The notes beneath the pieces are model-generated. The model was not told the origin of the DNA and did no database searches. It was given only the letters and a program-made list of their open reading frames with translations. Both the position numbers and the translations under genes were made by a program. From Thermoproteota archaeon (lineage in GTDB: Archaea > Korarchaeota > Korarchaeia > Korarchaeales > Korarchaeaceae), in assembly GCA_027491415.1 (NCBI GenBank), contig JAOZFH010000010.1, positions 1-17,499 of the forward strand: 17,499 bases of DNA, written 5' to 3'. Positions 1-8,119 of the stretch are shown here, in pieces; the stretch's first letter is position 1, and every line of letters starts with the position of its first letter.

Positions 1-826
1 GGAGAGGGGCATCCTGGACTACGCCAGGGGGAAGCTGATGGCCACCGTCTTCATGGAGCCGAGCACCAGGACCAGGCTCAGCTTCACCTACGCCATGGTC
101 AAGCTGGGCGGGGCCGTGGTGGACTTCGGCCCAGAGGCCGCCACCAGCAGGGCGAAGGGGGAGAGCCTGGAGGACTCCCTGAGGATGGTCGACGGCTACG
201 GTCCCGACGTGATAGTCCTGAGGCAGGGCACACCCGGCATGGCCGCGAAGGTGGCGGAGATGTGCGAGGCCCCCGTGATAAACGCGGGCGACGGGTGGAA
301 CGAGCACCCGACGCAGGCCCTGCTGGATGTCTACACCATCTGGAGGGAGCTGGGCAGGGTAGACGGCGTGACGGTGGGCATTATGGGAGACCTGAAGCAC
401 GGGAGGACCCCGAGCTCGCTGTCCTACATGCTCTCCCTGTTCGACGGCGTCAAGATCTGGTACATAGCCCCCGACCCCCTGCAGATCAGGCCCGAGGTCG
501 TGGAGAGGATAGAGGGCAGGGTCGAGTACTCCAAGACCTCCAAACTTGAGGACGTGATCGAGGAGCTCGACGTGCTCTACGTGACCAGGCTCCAGAAGGA
601 GAGGCTCCCCGATCCCGGGGAGTACGAGAGGCTAAAGGGGAGCTACAGGGTGGACGCCGACTTCCTGAGAAAATTCAGGAAGATCCCGATCGTAATGCAC
701 CCGCTGCCAAGAGTGTGGGAGCTCGACGAGAGCGTCGACTCCCTCCCGCAGGCCAAGTACTTCGAGCAGGCCGTCAACGGGATGTACGTGAGGGCGGCGC
801 TGGTCAAGGAGATCCTGGGGGTCTGA
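1..826 (+). CDS. pyrB: Aspartate carbamoyltransferase catalytic subunit (5' truncated by window)
   Basis: Frame is open from position 2 (ERGILDYARGKLMATVF...). ATCase motifs FMEPSTRT, KGESLED, NAGDG..EHPTQALLD, GDLKHGRT, RLQKER and MHPLP are present. Confidence 0.97.
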   Translation, partial: ERGILDYARGKLMATVFMEPSTRTRLSFTYAMVKLGGAVVDFGPEAATSRAKGESLEDSLRMVDGYGPDVIVLRQGTPGMAAKVAEMCEAPVINAGDGWNEHPTQALLDVYTIWRELGRVDGVTVGIMGDLKHGRTPSSLSYMLSLFDGVKIWYIAPDPLQIRPEVVERIEGRVEYSKTSKLEDVIEELDVLYVTRLQKERLPDPGEYERLKGSYRVDADFLRKFRKIPIVMHPLPRVWELDESVDSLPQAKYFEQAVNGMYVRAALVKEILGV

Positions 827-827
827 A

Positions 828-854
828 CTCCGGCCGGCCGGTGTCTGGCCGGGG
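828..854 (+). terminator. GC-rich hairpin just after the pyrB stop (possible terminator or processing structure)
   Basis: CTCCGGCCGG (828-837) pairs with CTGGCCGGGG (845-854) with two G-U pairs. No U-tract follows. Confidence 0.3.
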
Positions 855-874
855 GTCCACCCACTCTCCTCAAC

Positions 875-885
875 TATTTATTGAA
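875..885 (+). promoter_or_regulatory. Putative TATA box for the Mo-hydroxylase operon
   Basis: TATTTATTGAA is the only AT-rich stretch in the GC-rich spacer. A GAGGAGG SD-like site lies at 951-957, before ATG 969. Confidence 0.45.
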
Positions 886-968
886 GCCGAGCCCGTTGTT
901 GCCGGATCTGGGCGCCCGAGCTCGCGAAGTCGGCCTCGGGCGTCTGACTCGAGGAGGGGCAGGTTGAC

Positions 969-1841
969 ATGCTGCCCGAGTTCGAGTATCACAGGCCAGC
1001 CTCTCTAGAGGAGGCCGTCAGGCTCCTCTCGGAGCTCGGTCCTGACGCCAAGGTGATCGCCGGGGGGACCGACCTGGTAGTGAAGATGAGGGCCGGGCTG
1101 GTGAGCCCGAGGCACGTCGTCGACCTGAGCAGGCTAACCGAGATTCGGTTCATCAGGGACGGGGGGGACCGGCTCAAGATAGGGGCCGGGACCACCCTGT
1201 GGGAGATAGAGAACTCTGAGGACGTCGCCCGCGGGGTCCCGGTCCTCCGGGAGGCCGTCGAGGAGATGGCGAGCTGGCACGTCAAGACCACCGCCACCAT
1301 AGGAGGGAACCTGTGCAACGCCTCCCCCGCGGCCGACACCGCGCCTCCCCTGATGGTCCACGACGCCACGCTGGTCGTCGTCGGCCCGGAGGGGAGGAGA
1401 GAGGTTCCAATCGGTGAGTTCTTCACGGGACCCGGTCAGACTGTCCTAGGGGTGGGAGAGATCTTGGTGGAGGTGGTCGTCCCGAAGATGCGCCAAGGGC
1501 AGGGGGCGGCCTTCGAGAAGCTCACGGTGAGGGAGGGGGCCCTGTCAATAGCGTCCGCCGCCGCCCTAGTCGAGATCTCCGGTGGGCGCTTCGTCGACGC
1601 GAGGGTTGCGCTCGGGGCCGTGGCCCCGACGCCAATAAGAGCCCTTAAGGTCGAGAGGGCGCTTAAGGGGCGGCCGGCCACCAGGGAGGTCCTGAGAAGC
1701 GCCAGCAGGGAGGCCAAGGCTGACATCAAGCCGATAACCGACGTGCGGGGGTCGAGGGAGTACAGGGAAGAGATGTCGGTGGTCCTGGTGAGGCGGGCCC
1801 TTGAGAGGGCCGTCGAGAGGGCGGGGGGTGTCTGGGCTTGA
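969..1841 (+). CDS. Xanthine dehydrogenase/CoxM-family FAD-binding medium subunit
   Basis: FEYHRPASLEEA, AGGTDL, ATIGGNLCNASPAADTAPPL, GAVAPTP and PITDVRGSREYR. No 4Fe-4S insertion. Confidence 0.95.
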   Translation: MLPEFEYHRPASLEEAVRLLSELGPDAKVIAGGTDLVVKMRAGLVSPRHVVDLSRLTEIRFIRDGGDRLKIGAGTTLWEIENSEDVARGVPVLREAVEEMASWHVKTTATIGGNLCNASPAADTAPPLMVHDATLVVVGPEGRREVPIGEFFTGPGQTVLGVGEILVEVVVPKMRQGQGAAFEKLTVREGALSIASAAALVEISGGRFVDARVALGAVAPTPIRALKVERALKGRPATREVLRSASREAKADIKPITDVRGSREYREEMSVVLVRRALERAVERAGGVWA

Positions 1842-2335
1842 GGGCCGGGGGAGGCGGGATCGTCGTGAGGTTCACCCTCAACGGCCGGGAGGTAGAGGTG
1901 ACCACCAGGCCCAACGCCACGCTGCTGGACCTTCTGAGGAACGAGCTGAAGATCCTCAGCGTGAGGCGAGGCTGCGAGACGGGTGAGTGCGGGATGTGCA
2001 CGGTGCTGGTGGACGGCCTCCCGGTAAGGTCGTGCCTGATGCTGGCCCCGCAGGTCGACGGGAGGAGCGTCACCACGGTCGAGGGCGTCGGAGACCCGGA
2101 GAGGCTGCACCCCGTTCAGGAGGCGTTTGTGGAGGCCGGTGCCGTGCAGTGCGGGTTCTGCACGCCCGCCATGGTCCTCACGGCCAAGGCCCTGCTCGAC
2201 CGTGATCCGAACCCGGACGAGCGCACGGTGAGGGAGGCCATCCTCGGCGTGCTCTGCAGGTGTACCGGGTACGCCAAGATAGTCAGGGCCGTGAGGCTGG
2301 CGGCCGAGAGGGTGGCGGGGGGTGTGAGGGAGTGA
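1838..2335 (+). CDS. CoxS-family (2Fe-2S)-binding small subunit
   Basis: GCETGECGMCTV..SC and QCGFCTP..LCRCTGY. Start is TTG 1838 (TTGA overlap with the upstream stop) or GTG 1865. Confidence 0.96.
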   Translation: MRAGGGGIVVRFTLNGREVEVTTRPNATLLDLLRNELKILSVRRGCETGECGMCTVLVDGLPVRSCLMLAPQVDGRSVTTVEGVGDPERLHPVQEAFVEAGAVQCGFCTPAMVLTAKALLDRDPNPDERTVREAILGVLCRCTGYAKIVRAVRLAAERVAGGVRE

Positions 2336-4665
2336 GCTCGAGCTCCGTACTGGAGGAGATTCGGAGGGCAGAGGAGTTCCTGGTCGTGGGCAAGGGAGTC
2401 TGGAGGATCGACGCCCTGGACAAGGTCACCGGGAGGGCCAGGTTCACGAGCGACTTCGTCCTGAAGGACGCCCTCCACGTCAGGCTGGTGAAGAGCCCCA
2501 TACCCCACGGGAGGATCATCGAGATAGACGCCGAGAGGGCCCTTGGCCTGGGCCCCGTCCGCGTCTTCACGGCCGCGGACATCCCCGGTGAGAACCAGGT
2601 GGGCTACGCCCTGCCGGATCAGCCCCTCCTGCCCGCGGACAAGGTCAGGTACGTCGGAGAGCCGGTCGCCCTCGTGGCGGCCCCCGACGAGGACCTCGCC
2701 GAGAAGGCCGCCGAGCTCGTGGAGGTGAGGTACGAGGAGCTCCCGGCAGTGTTCGACCCGCTCGAGGCGATGGAGCGGTCCGACGTGCTGGTGCACGAGG
2801 ACAGAGGCACGAACATAGCCGAGATGACCAGGGTGAGGAAGGGGAACGTTGAGAGGGGCTTCGAGGAGTCCGACGTCGTCGTGGAGAACACCTACAGGAC
2901 CGGCCACCAAGAGCACGCCCCCCTGGAGACCGAGGGGGCCGTCGCCATACCGGACACCCAGGGGGGCGTCACCGTCATCGCCTCCATACAGTACCCGCAC
3001 CTCTGCCAGAGGATCACGGCGAGGGTCCTGGGGCTGCCCCACAGCATGGTCAGGGTCATCCAGCCCTACGTCGGCGGGGGGTTCGGCGGGAAGGACGACA
3101 TGGGTCCCGTAGTGAGCGCCATGGCCGCGCTGGTGGCCTTCAAGACCGGCAAGCCGGCCGTGCTGGTCTACAGCCGGAGGGACAGCTTCACCTCCACCTG
3201 CAAGAGGGACCCGTCGGTCGTCAGGTACAAGACGGGCGCCACGAGGGACGGGAGGCTGAAGGCCATCGAGGTCCAGATAATACTCGACTCGGGGGCGTAC
3301 GCGAACAGGGGACCGTACGTCCTCTGGAGGGCGACGATGCACGCGGGCGGGCCCTACGAGGTACCGAACGCCAAGGTCGACGGCTTCCTGGTCTACACCA
3401 ACAAGGTGTTCGAGGGGTCCTTCAGGGGGTTCGGGAACCCCCAGGTCCAGTTCGCGGCCGAGAGCCAGCTCGACGAGCTGGCCGAGAGGCTGGGCATGGA
3501 CCCGCTGGAGATAAGGCTCAAGAACCTGCTGAGGCCCGGGAGCAGGACCATAACCGATCAGCTCCTGGAGTCCTCGGTCGGGATCTACGAGGCCGTCAAG
3601 CTCCTGGGAGAGAAGACCGGGTTCAGGGCGAAGTGGCGCGAGTACAGGAGGGAGAGAGCTGGCAGGGTGAGGAGGGGGATAGGGATAGCTTGCGGCTACC
3701 ACGGGATAAGCACCAGCAGGGGGGTGCCGGACTGGTCCAACGCCACCGTCATACTCGGGAGGGACGGGAGCGTCACCGTGGAGACGGGCATATGCGAGAT
3801 AGGCCAGGGCAGCTGGACGGCCCACGCCCAGATAGCTGCGGAGGTGCTGGGCGTGCCGGTGGAGAGGGTCAAGGTGGTCGGGGGGACCAGCGACGCCCCC
3901 GACACCGGGGCGACGCATGCGTCCAGGGGGTCGAGCATAGGCGGGATAGGGGTGTACGTCGCGGCGAAGAGGCTGAGGGAGAGGCTGGCGGAGGCGGCCG
4001 CCAGGCTGCTGGAGTGCGACCCCTCTGACGTGGAGATCAGGGAGGGCAGGGCGTTCCGCAGGGACAGCCCCGACGACTACGTGGAGTGGGAGGAACTCGT
4101 CCAGGCGGCCTACAGCATGGGCTACGAGATGAGCGCCACCGGCTACTTCTTCCTCCCGAAGGGCAAGTTCGACATGGAGAGGGGTCTGGGGTACGCGTAC
4201 CCGGCGTTCAGCTACATCGCCAATGTTGCGGAGGTGGAGGTGGACCTGGAGACCGGCAAGGTCAGGGTGGTGAGGGTCTGGCCGGCCCTCGCCGCCGGGA
4301 GGATCCTCAACCCGGTGCTGGTGGAGGGGCAGATCGAGGGGGCCATCGCCCAGGGCATGGGGTACGCCCTCACGGAGGAGCTGAAGTTCGAGGACGGGCG
4401 CATGCTGAACCCGAACTTCACGGACTACCTGATCCCGACGTCGCTAGACGTGCCGGAGGTGGAGGCGCCGATATACGTGGAGGACCTCTACGAGTACGGG
4501 CCGTTCGGTGCCAAGGGGGTAGGGGAGATGGCGCTGATCCCGACGCCCGCGGCCATAATGAACGCCGTGAAGAACGCGACGGGCGTGAGGATAACTGAGA
4601 TCCCCGCCACCCCCGAGAAGGTGTACTTCCACCTGAAGGAGGCGGGGGTGGTAGCCGGGGAGTGA
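2332..4665 (+). CDS. Xanthine dehydrogenase-family molybdopterin-binding large subunit
   Basis: RIDALDKVTGRARF, QEHAPLE, GGGFGGK, SFRGFGNPQ, EIGQG, GQIEGAIAQG.G.AL.E and GAKGVGE. Start moved from 2260 to the in-frame GTG 2332, which overlaps the upstream TGA (GTGA). Confidence 0.95.
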   Translation: MSSSSVLEEIRRAEEFLVVGKGVWRIDALDKVTGRARFTSDFVLKDALHVRLVKSPIPHGRIIEIDAERALGLGPVRVFTAADIPGENQVGYALPDQPLLPADKVRYVGEPVALVAAPDEDLAEKAAELVEVRYEELPAVFDPLEAMERSDVLVHEDRGTNIAEMTRVRKGNVERGFEESDVVVENTYRTGHQEHAPLETEGAVAIPDTQGGVTVIASIQYPHLCQRITARVLGLPHSMVRVIQPYVGGGFGGKDDMGPVVSAMAALVAFKTGKPAVLVYSRRDSFTSTCKRDPSVVRYKTGATRDGRLKAIEVQIILDSGAYANRGPYVLWRATMHAGGPYEVPNAKVDGFLVYTNKVFEGSFRGFGNPQVQFAAESQLDELAERLGMDPLEIRLKNLLRPGSRTITDQLLESSVGIYEAVKLLGEKTGFRAKWREYRRERAGRVRRGIGIACGYHGISTSRGVPDWSNATVILGRDGSVTVETGICEIGQGSWTAHAQIAAEVLGVPVERVKVVGGTSDAPDTGATHASRGSSIGGIGVYVAAKRLRERLAEAAARLLECDPSDVEIREGRAFRRDSPDDYVEWEELVQAAYSMGYEMSATGYFFLPKGKFDMERGLGYAYPAFSYIANVAEVEVDLETGKVRVVRVWPALAAGRILNPVLVEGQIEGAIAQGMGYALTEELKFEDGRMLNPNFTDYLIPTSLDVPEVEAPIYVEDLYEYGPFGAKGVGEMALIPTPAAIMNAVKNATGVRITEIPATPEKVYFHLKEAGVVAGE

Positions 4666-4672
4666 TCCCCGC

Positions 4673-4936
4673 GTGATCAGGGTCAGAGTCCGCTTCTACG
4701 CCGGACTGAGGCACCGCGTAGGCGTGAGCGAGGCCACGCTCGAGCTGCCTGATGGGGCGAGGGTGGAGCACGCCGTGGATGAGCTGGCCAGGATGTTCCC
4801 GAGGGCGCTGAGGGGGATGAAGGCCCTGATGGGCTACGCCTACTGGGTCGCCAAGAACGGGCTCCAGGTCTCCCTGGAGGACGAGCTGAGGGACGGGGAC
4901 GAGCTCGTGGTGTTCCCTCCGATATCGGGGGGCTGA
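4673..4936 (+). CDS. MoaD/ThiS-family ubiquitin-like sulfur carrier (SAMP-like)
   Basis: 87 aa; VRFYAGLR...L.DGDEL..FPPISGG, with a C-terminal Gly-Gly. Confidence 0.92.
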   Translation: MIRVRVRFYAGLRHRVGVSEATLELPDGARVEHAVDELARMFPRALRGMKALMGYAYWVAKNGLQVSLEDELRDGDELVVFPPISGG

Positions 4937-4997
4937 GCACGCTCAGCGACGGGCCCCGGAAGGCGAGTCCCGGGGAAATGCGAGGCGAGTATAGCCT

Positions 4998-5611
4998 CTC
5001 ATAACGCCTAGCGTGAAGACTTAGGTCGGAAACAGGGTGAAGACCTCAGTCAGCCTCCAATCGCTCGAGGTCTCTGGACTAGGGGCGGGGCCACCCCAGG
5101 CGCCCAGAAGATCAAGAGTATCAAGAGCAAACCTGATCCGAATCTGGGGCCTCGCCGCCGGGGCACATCGTTAGGAGACGGGCAGTGAAGGGAAGGGAGG
5201 CGGCTCAGGACGCTGGAAGGTTGGAAATCTAAAGGAGAAATGCTGAAGTGGCTCCCTGACTTCTAGGGGGGTGTCCATCGCGTAGGCTAGGGTCAAGCCG
5301 AGGCTAGGCAGATCCTAAAGACCTAGGGACTCAGACGAATGGCTAAACTCGCTTAGAGTCCCGAATCAGGCTTCTAGTCGATCAGAAGGATCAGACCGTA
5401 CCACCAGGCGAGGAACAGGACCGGATAGACAGGAGAGCGCGGCCACTACGGGGGGCACCATGAGGGCCGTTAGGAGGAAGTTGAGAAGCCCCGCCAGCTC
5501 CTGGGTCGGATACCTCGGGGCGCCGCTCCTCGGGAGGATGGCGCGGGCGGCGTAGAACAGGAGAACGAGGAGCCAAAGGGTAAAGAGCGCCTGAGGGTCT
5601 CTCCAGTTCAT
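4998..5611 (-). pseudogene. Decayed paralog of the adjacent membrane protein (5659-6138)
   Basis: ATG 5611 has a GGAGG SD. MNWRDPQALFTLWLL..MVPPVVAALSCLS aligns with the neighbour. Homology resumes below ~5273 as SAFLL*ISNLPAS*AASLPFTARLLTMCPGG, GLLLILLIFWAPG and DWRLTEVFTLFPT*VFTLGVM, across several stops and frameshifts. Confidence 0.8.
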
Positions 5612-5658
5612 CGTGAAACCCTCCCGGCGACACTCAGGCGTCTCCCCTGACATGCTCC

Positions 5659-6138
5659 TCAGTCCAGCATTAGCCCTATCGGGAATATCCAGGTGACGAG
5701 CAGCAGGAGGATGCCCACGGCGGCCCTCCAGTCACCCGGATCCTCGGACCTGGCTGCTAGCGAGGAGCCGAGACCCCAGATCACCGACAAGAGCAGCAGG
5801 GCGCCGGCCCACGCCCTGGCGGCGGTGCCCCCGGGGCAGCTTGTGACGAGGCAGCCGAGCGGGGGAAAGGACGCGCCGAATGAGAGCAGGTAGGTTGACG
5901 CCCCCAGCAAGAACGCGGCCGACGGCTCTCCATTCAGTGGATGGGAGAGACAGGAGAGCGCCGCGAGGATCGGGGGGATCATCAAGATCAGGAGGAAGAA
6001 GTGGAGAAACTCTACGGGCTCCAGAGCCGGGTAGCCCAGGGAGCCCCTTCTCAGGAGGATGGCGCGCACGGAGAGAAACAGGAGGATCAGCAGCCAGAGG
6101 GCGAGGAATGCGGGGGATCTCCTCCAACTCATCACCAT
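5659..6138 (-). CDS. Hypothetical multi-pass membrane protein (~4-5 TM)
   Basis: Several long hydrophobic segments and its own AT-rich promoter region. Start is ATG 6138 or ATG 6132 (MSWR matches the paralog's MNWR). Confidence 0.75.
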   Translation of the reverse strand: MVMSWRRSPAFLALWLLILLFLSVRAILLRRGSLGYPALEPVEFLHFFLLILMIPPILAALSCLSHPLNGEPSAAFLLGASTYLLSFGASFPPLGCLVTSCPGGTAARAWAGALLLLSVIWGLGSSLAARSEDPGDWRAAVGILLLLVTWIFPIGLMLD

Positions 6139-6160
6139 CCCCTGGCATGACTTCTCATTT

Positions 6161-6180
6161 CTTAATTTATATTTATTAAG
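6161..6180 (-). promoter_or_regulatory. TATA box inside an imperfect palindrome, upstream of the membrane-protein gene
   Basis: Minus strand reads CTTAATAAATATAAATTAAG, with CTTAAT/ATTAAG arms; 16 of 20 positions are self-complementary. Confidence 0.55.
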
Positions 6181-6225
6181 TACTGCACCTATCCGTCATG
6201 GTTGCTCACCAATAGGCTCCCATCC

Positions 6226-6240
6226 AAGAAAAAGAAAAAA
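6226..6240 (-). terminator. Archaeal oligo-U terminator after the secreted-protein gene
   Basis: Minus strand TTTTTTCTTTTTCTT begins ~15 nt after the stop at 6255. Confidence 0.65.
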
Positions 6241-6254
6241 TGGTATGAAGCAGG

Positions 6255-7226
6255 TTAACCCTTGTACTTTACTCTCGTAGCCCAGCCGTCGCCTCCCTCG
6301 TCGGAGTTGTAGAGAGGAACTACCTCCCCCTCGACGTACCAGTTCCAGTAGCCGTAAGTAGGGTACCTGAAGGCCTTTGAGACCTCCGCTTCAGCCTCCT
6401 CAAATAGAACTGCCTCGTGTCCTCCCTGCCACCAAGGCGTGTCCACGTGGGCTTGCCCCACGACGTCGACCCTGCCGTAGCCCCACTTGTGGACCTTCCA
6501 GAGCCTCACATGGTACCTATCGTAGTCGCTTGTGGGGTAGTCCTTCTGCAGAGCCTTCTGATCGGGCTCCCATCCATAGGTTGGGTCGTAGACGTAGTTG
6601 GTGTTCTCTAGAACTGGGTAGGTCCAGTTGTCGTAAACGAGCTGAGTCTGGATCGGACTCAGATCCGTGAAACCGTAGCCATCCTGCCGATACCAGACCA
6701 GGTTGATGGGGTCCGCCGTGCAGTAGTAGTAATAGTCCCCCACGTAGTCCCGGAACCTCTCCCAGCTGTACTTCGGGTAGGGGTACTGGTCCCACCAGGT
6801 CGGCGGGTCGCTCTCCACTGTGCACGCGCCGGCGTACGGGACGCTCAGGACCTCGACGGTCCCTCCCGACTTGAGCCTGCTCGCCTCCCCCTCGCTCAGC
6901 CCCAGGCTGGTTACTAGGTCACTCAGCTCTTCCTCCGCGACCTCGACGGCCGCCTCATCGCCGACCAGCCTCTCCACTCCGAGCTTATCCCTCAGCTCTG
7001 GGCCCTCGAGGACCTTCCTGTAGCGGAGGAGCCTCCCGTCGTAGGCGAGGACGAGCCTCGCCTCCGCCGTCACCCTGTGCTCCCTCAGCCACTCGTCGTA
7101 GGGACCAACGCCCTGGGCCGGCTGGGCCGCGGACACGGCCGGATATGCGGCCGCGGCCAGGGTGAGGCACAGGAGCAGGACCCCCAGGGCCCTGCCCCAG
7201 CCCGCACCCAAACTTACGCCAGGCAT
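6255..7226 (-). CDS. Secreted protein with a C-terminal LssY_C-like domain
   Basis: Signal peptide (GRALGVLLLCLTLAAAAYPAVSA) and a GGAGG SD. The Tyr/Trp-rich C-terminal half has DPINLV..W..RYHVRLW..GQAHVD..H..DGWA, matching the motif order I recall for LssY C-terminal domains. CDS is confident; the family call is tentative. Confidence 0.75.
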   Translation of the reverse strand: MPGVSLGAGWGRALGVLLLCLTLAAAAYPAVSAAQPAQGVGPYDEWLREHRVTAEARLVLAYDGRLLRYRKVLEGPELRDKLGVERLVGDEAAVEVAEEELSDLVTSLGLSEGEASRLKSGGTVEVLSVPYAGACTVESDPPTWWDQYPYPKYSWERFRDYVGDYYYYCTADPINLVWYRQDGYGFTDLSPIQTQLVYDNWTYPVLENTNYVYDPTYGWEPDQKALQKDYPTSDYDRYHVRLWKVHKWGYGRVDVVGQAHVDTPWWQGGHEAVLFEEAEAEVSKAFRYPTYGYWNWYVEGEVVPLYNSDEGGDGWATRVKYKG

Positions 7227-7259
7227 ACGCTCCCTCCCGCAGGCTCCTCGCCTGCGTGA

Positions 7260-7345
7260 GTTTTGGTTAAATAATCGAATTTAAGTTCTGCGCTTTAATA
7301 CATTTCTAATACTTTTATGAAACTTTTAGGGAAGAATAATTTTCA
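7260..7345 (-). promoter_or_regulatory. Extended AT-rich promoter region of the secreted-protein gene
   Basis: Strongly AT-rich block with TTATTTAA near 7267-7274 and two TAAAAGT copies 11 nt apart on the minus strand. Confidence 0.55.
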
Positions 7346-7500
7346 TCTGCTCGCCTGACGAGAAAAGCATCGTGGAGAGAATAGCGAGAGAGCTAGGCGG
7401 AGGACGAGATTCCTAGGGGAAGGAGATTCTGGCGGAGACCAGAGACACTATCGGGGACAATCTCGGCGCTACCTGGTCTGGGCGTGGTAGGTAGAGCGAT

Positions 7501-8109
7501 CTACACGATTTTTCCCTTCACCCTCTTCAGGTCCTCGAGGCTGTCCACGTCGAACAGCACCTCCCTCTCTCCAACGGGAACCCTCAGAATCTCTCCCCTG
7601 TGCCTCCGGACGACCGCCTTCAGCCCCATCGTGGCCTCGTCGATCTGGAGGATCTCGGGGATCAGGGAGCGGTCGAACAGTATGGGGTGTCCCGACCTCC
7701 CGGCGTGTGACGCCACGGCTATCCTCGGCCTGCGGCGGGCGTAGGCCAGAATGACCTCGTCTATCGCGCGGGGAGATATGAAGGCCACATCGGCGGGGAG
7801 TACGGCCACGGCCTCTGACTCAGGGGAGGCCGAAGCCACGCCGACCCTCACCGAACTCGACATGCCCTCGCTGTATGCCGGGTTCCTGACGACCCTCAGC
7901 CTCTCGTCCCGGATGTCGGAGATCTCTACCTCCACGAGTTCCGCCTGGTGCCCCGTGACCACGACGACCTCTGATGCGAGCGACGCGAGTGCCGTCTCCA
8001 CTACCCTCCTGATGAGGGACTTACCCCCGACCCGGAAGAGCAGCTTGTTCCCGGCCTCGAACCTCTTGGACTCGCCCGCGGCGAGCACCACGAGGGAGAC
8101 CCTGGGCAC
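7501..8109 (-). CDS. mocA: Molybdenum cofactor cytidylyltransferase (MocA-like NTP transferase)
   Basis: LAAGESKRF..NKLL, NPAYSEGMSSS, PAD, GHPILF and DVDS.ED. Clustered with xdhC and an XDH-family enzyme, a family that commonly uses MCD. Confidence 0.88.
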   Translation of the reverse strand: MPRVSLVVLAAGESKRFEAGNKLLFRVGGKSLIRRVVETALASLASEVVVVTGHQAELVEVEISDIRDERLRVVRNPAYSEGMSSSVRVGVASASPESEAVAVLPADVAFISPRAIDEVILAYARRRPRIAVASHAGRSGHPILFDRSLIPEILQIDEATMGLKAVVRRHRGEILRVPVGEREVLFDVDSLEDLKRVKGKIV

Positions 8110-8119
8110 GTCGGACCCG

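Noticed and set aside
2116-3918. 600-aa minus-strand ORF
   Set aside because: Antisense shadow of the Mo-hydroxylase subunits.
969-4665. Aerobic CO dehydrogenase call from the coxMSL gene order
   Set aside because: Lacks the AYxCSFR and AYRGAGR active-site loops.
4932-4975. Hairpins after moaD as an archaeal SECIS element
   Set aside because: The GAA is not matched by the opposing A and G-C clamp, and no in-frame Sec TGA is evident; the moaD TGA follows the normal terminal GG.
5274-5422. Archaeal BHB intron in the membrane pseudogene
   Set aside because: The ends pair only loosely, there is no clean bulge-helix-bulge, and removing the segment would not fix the downstream stops.
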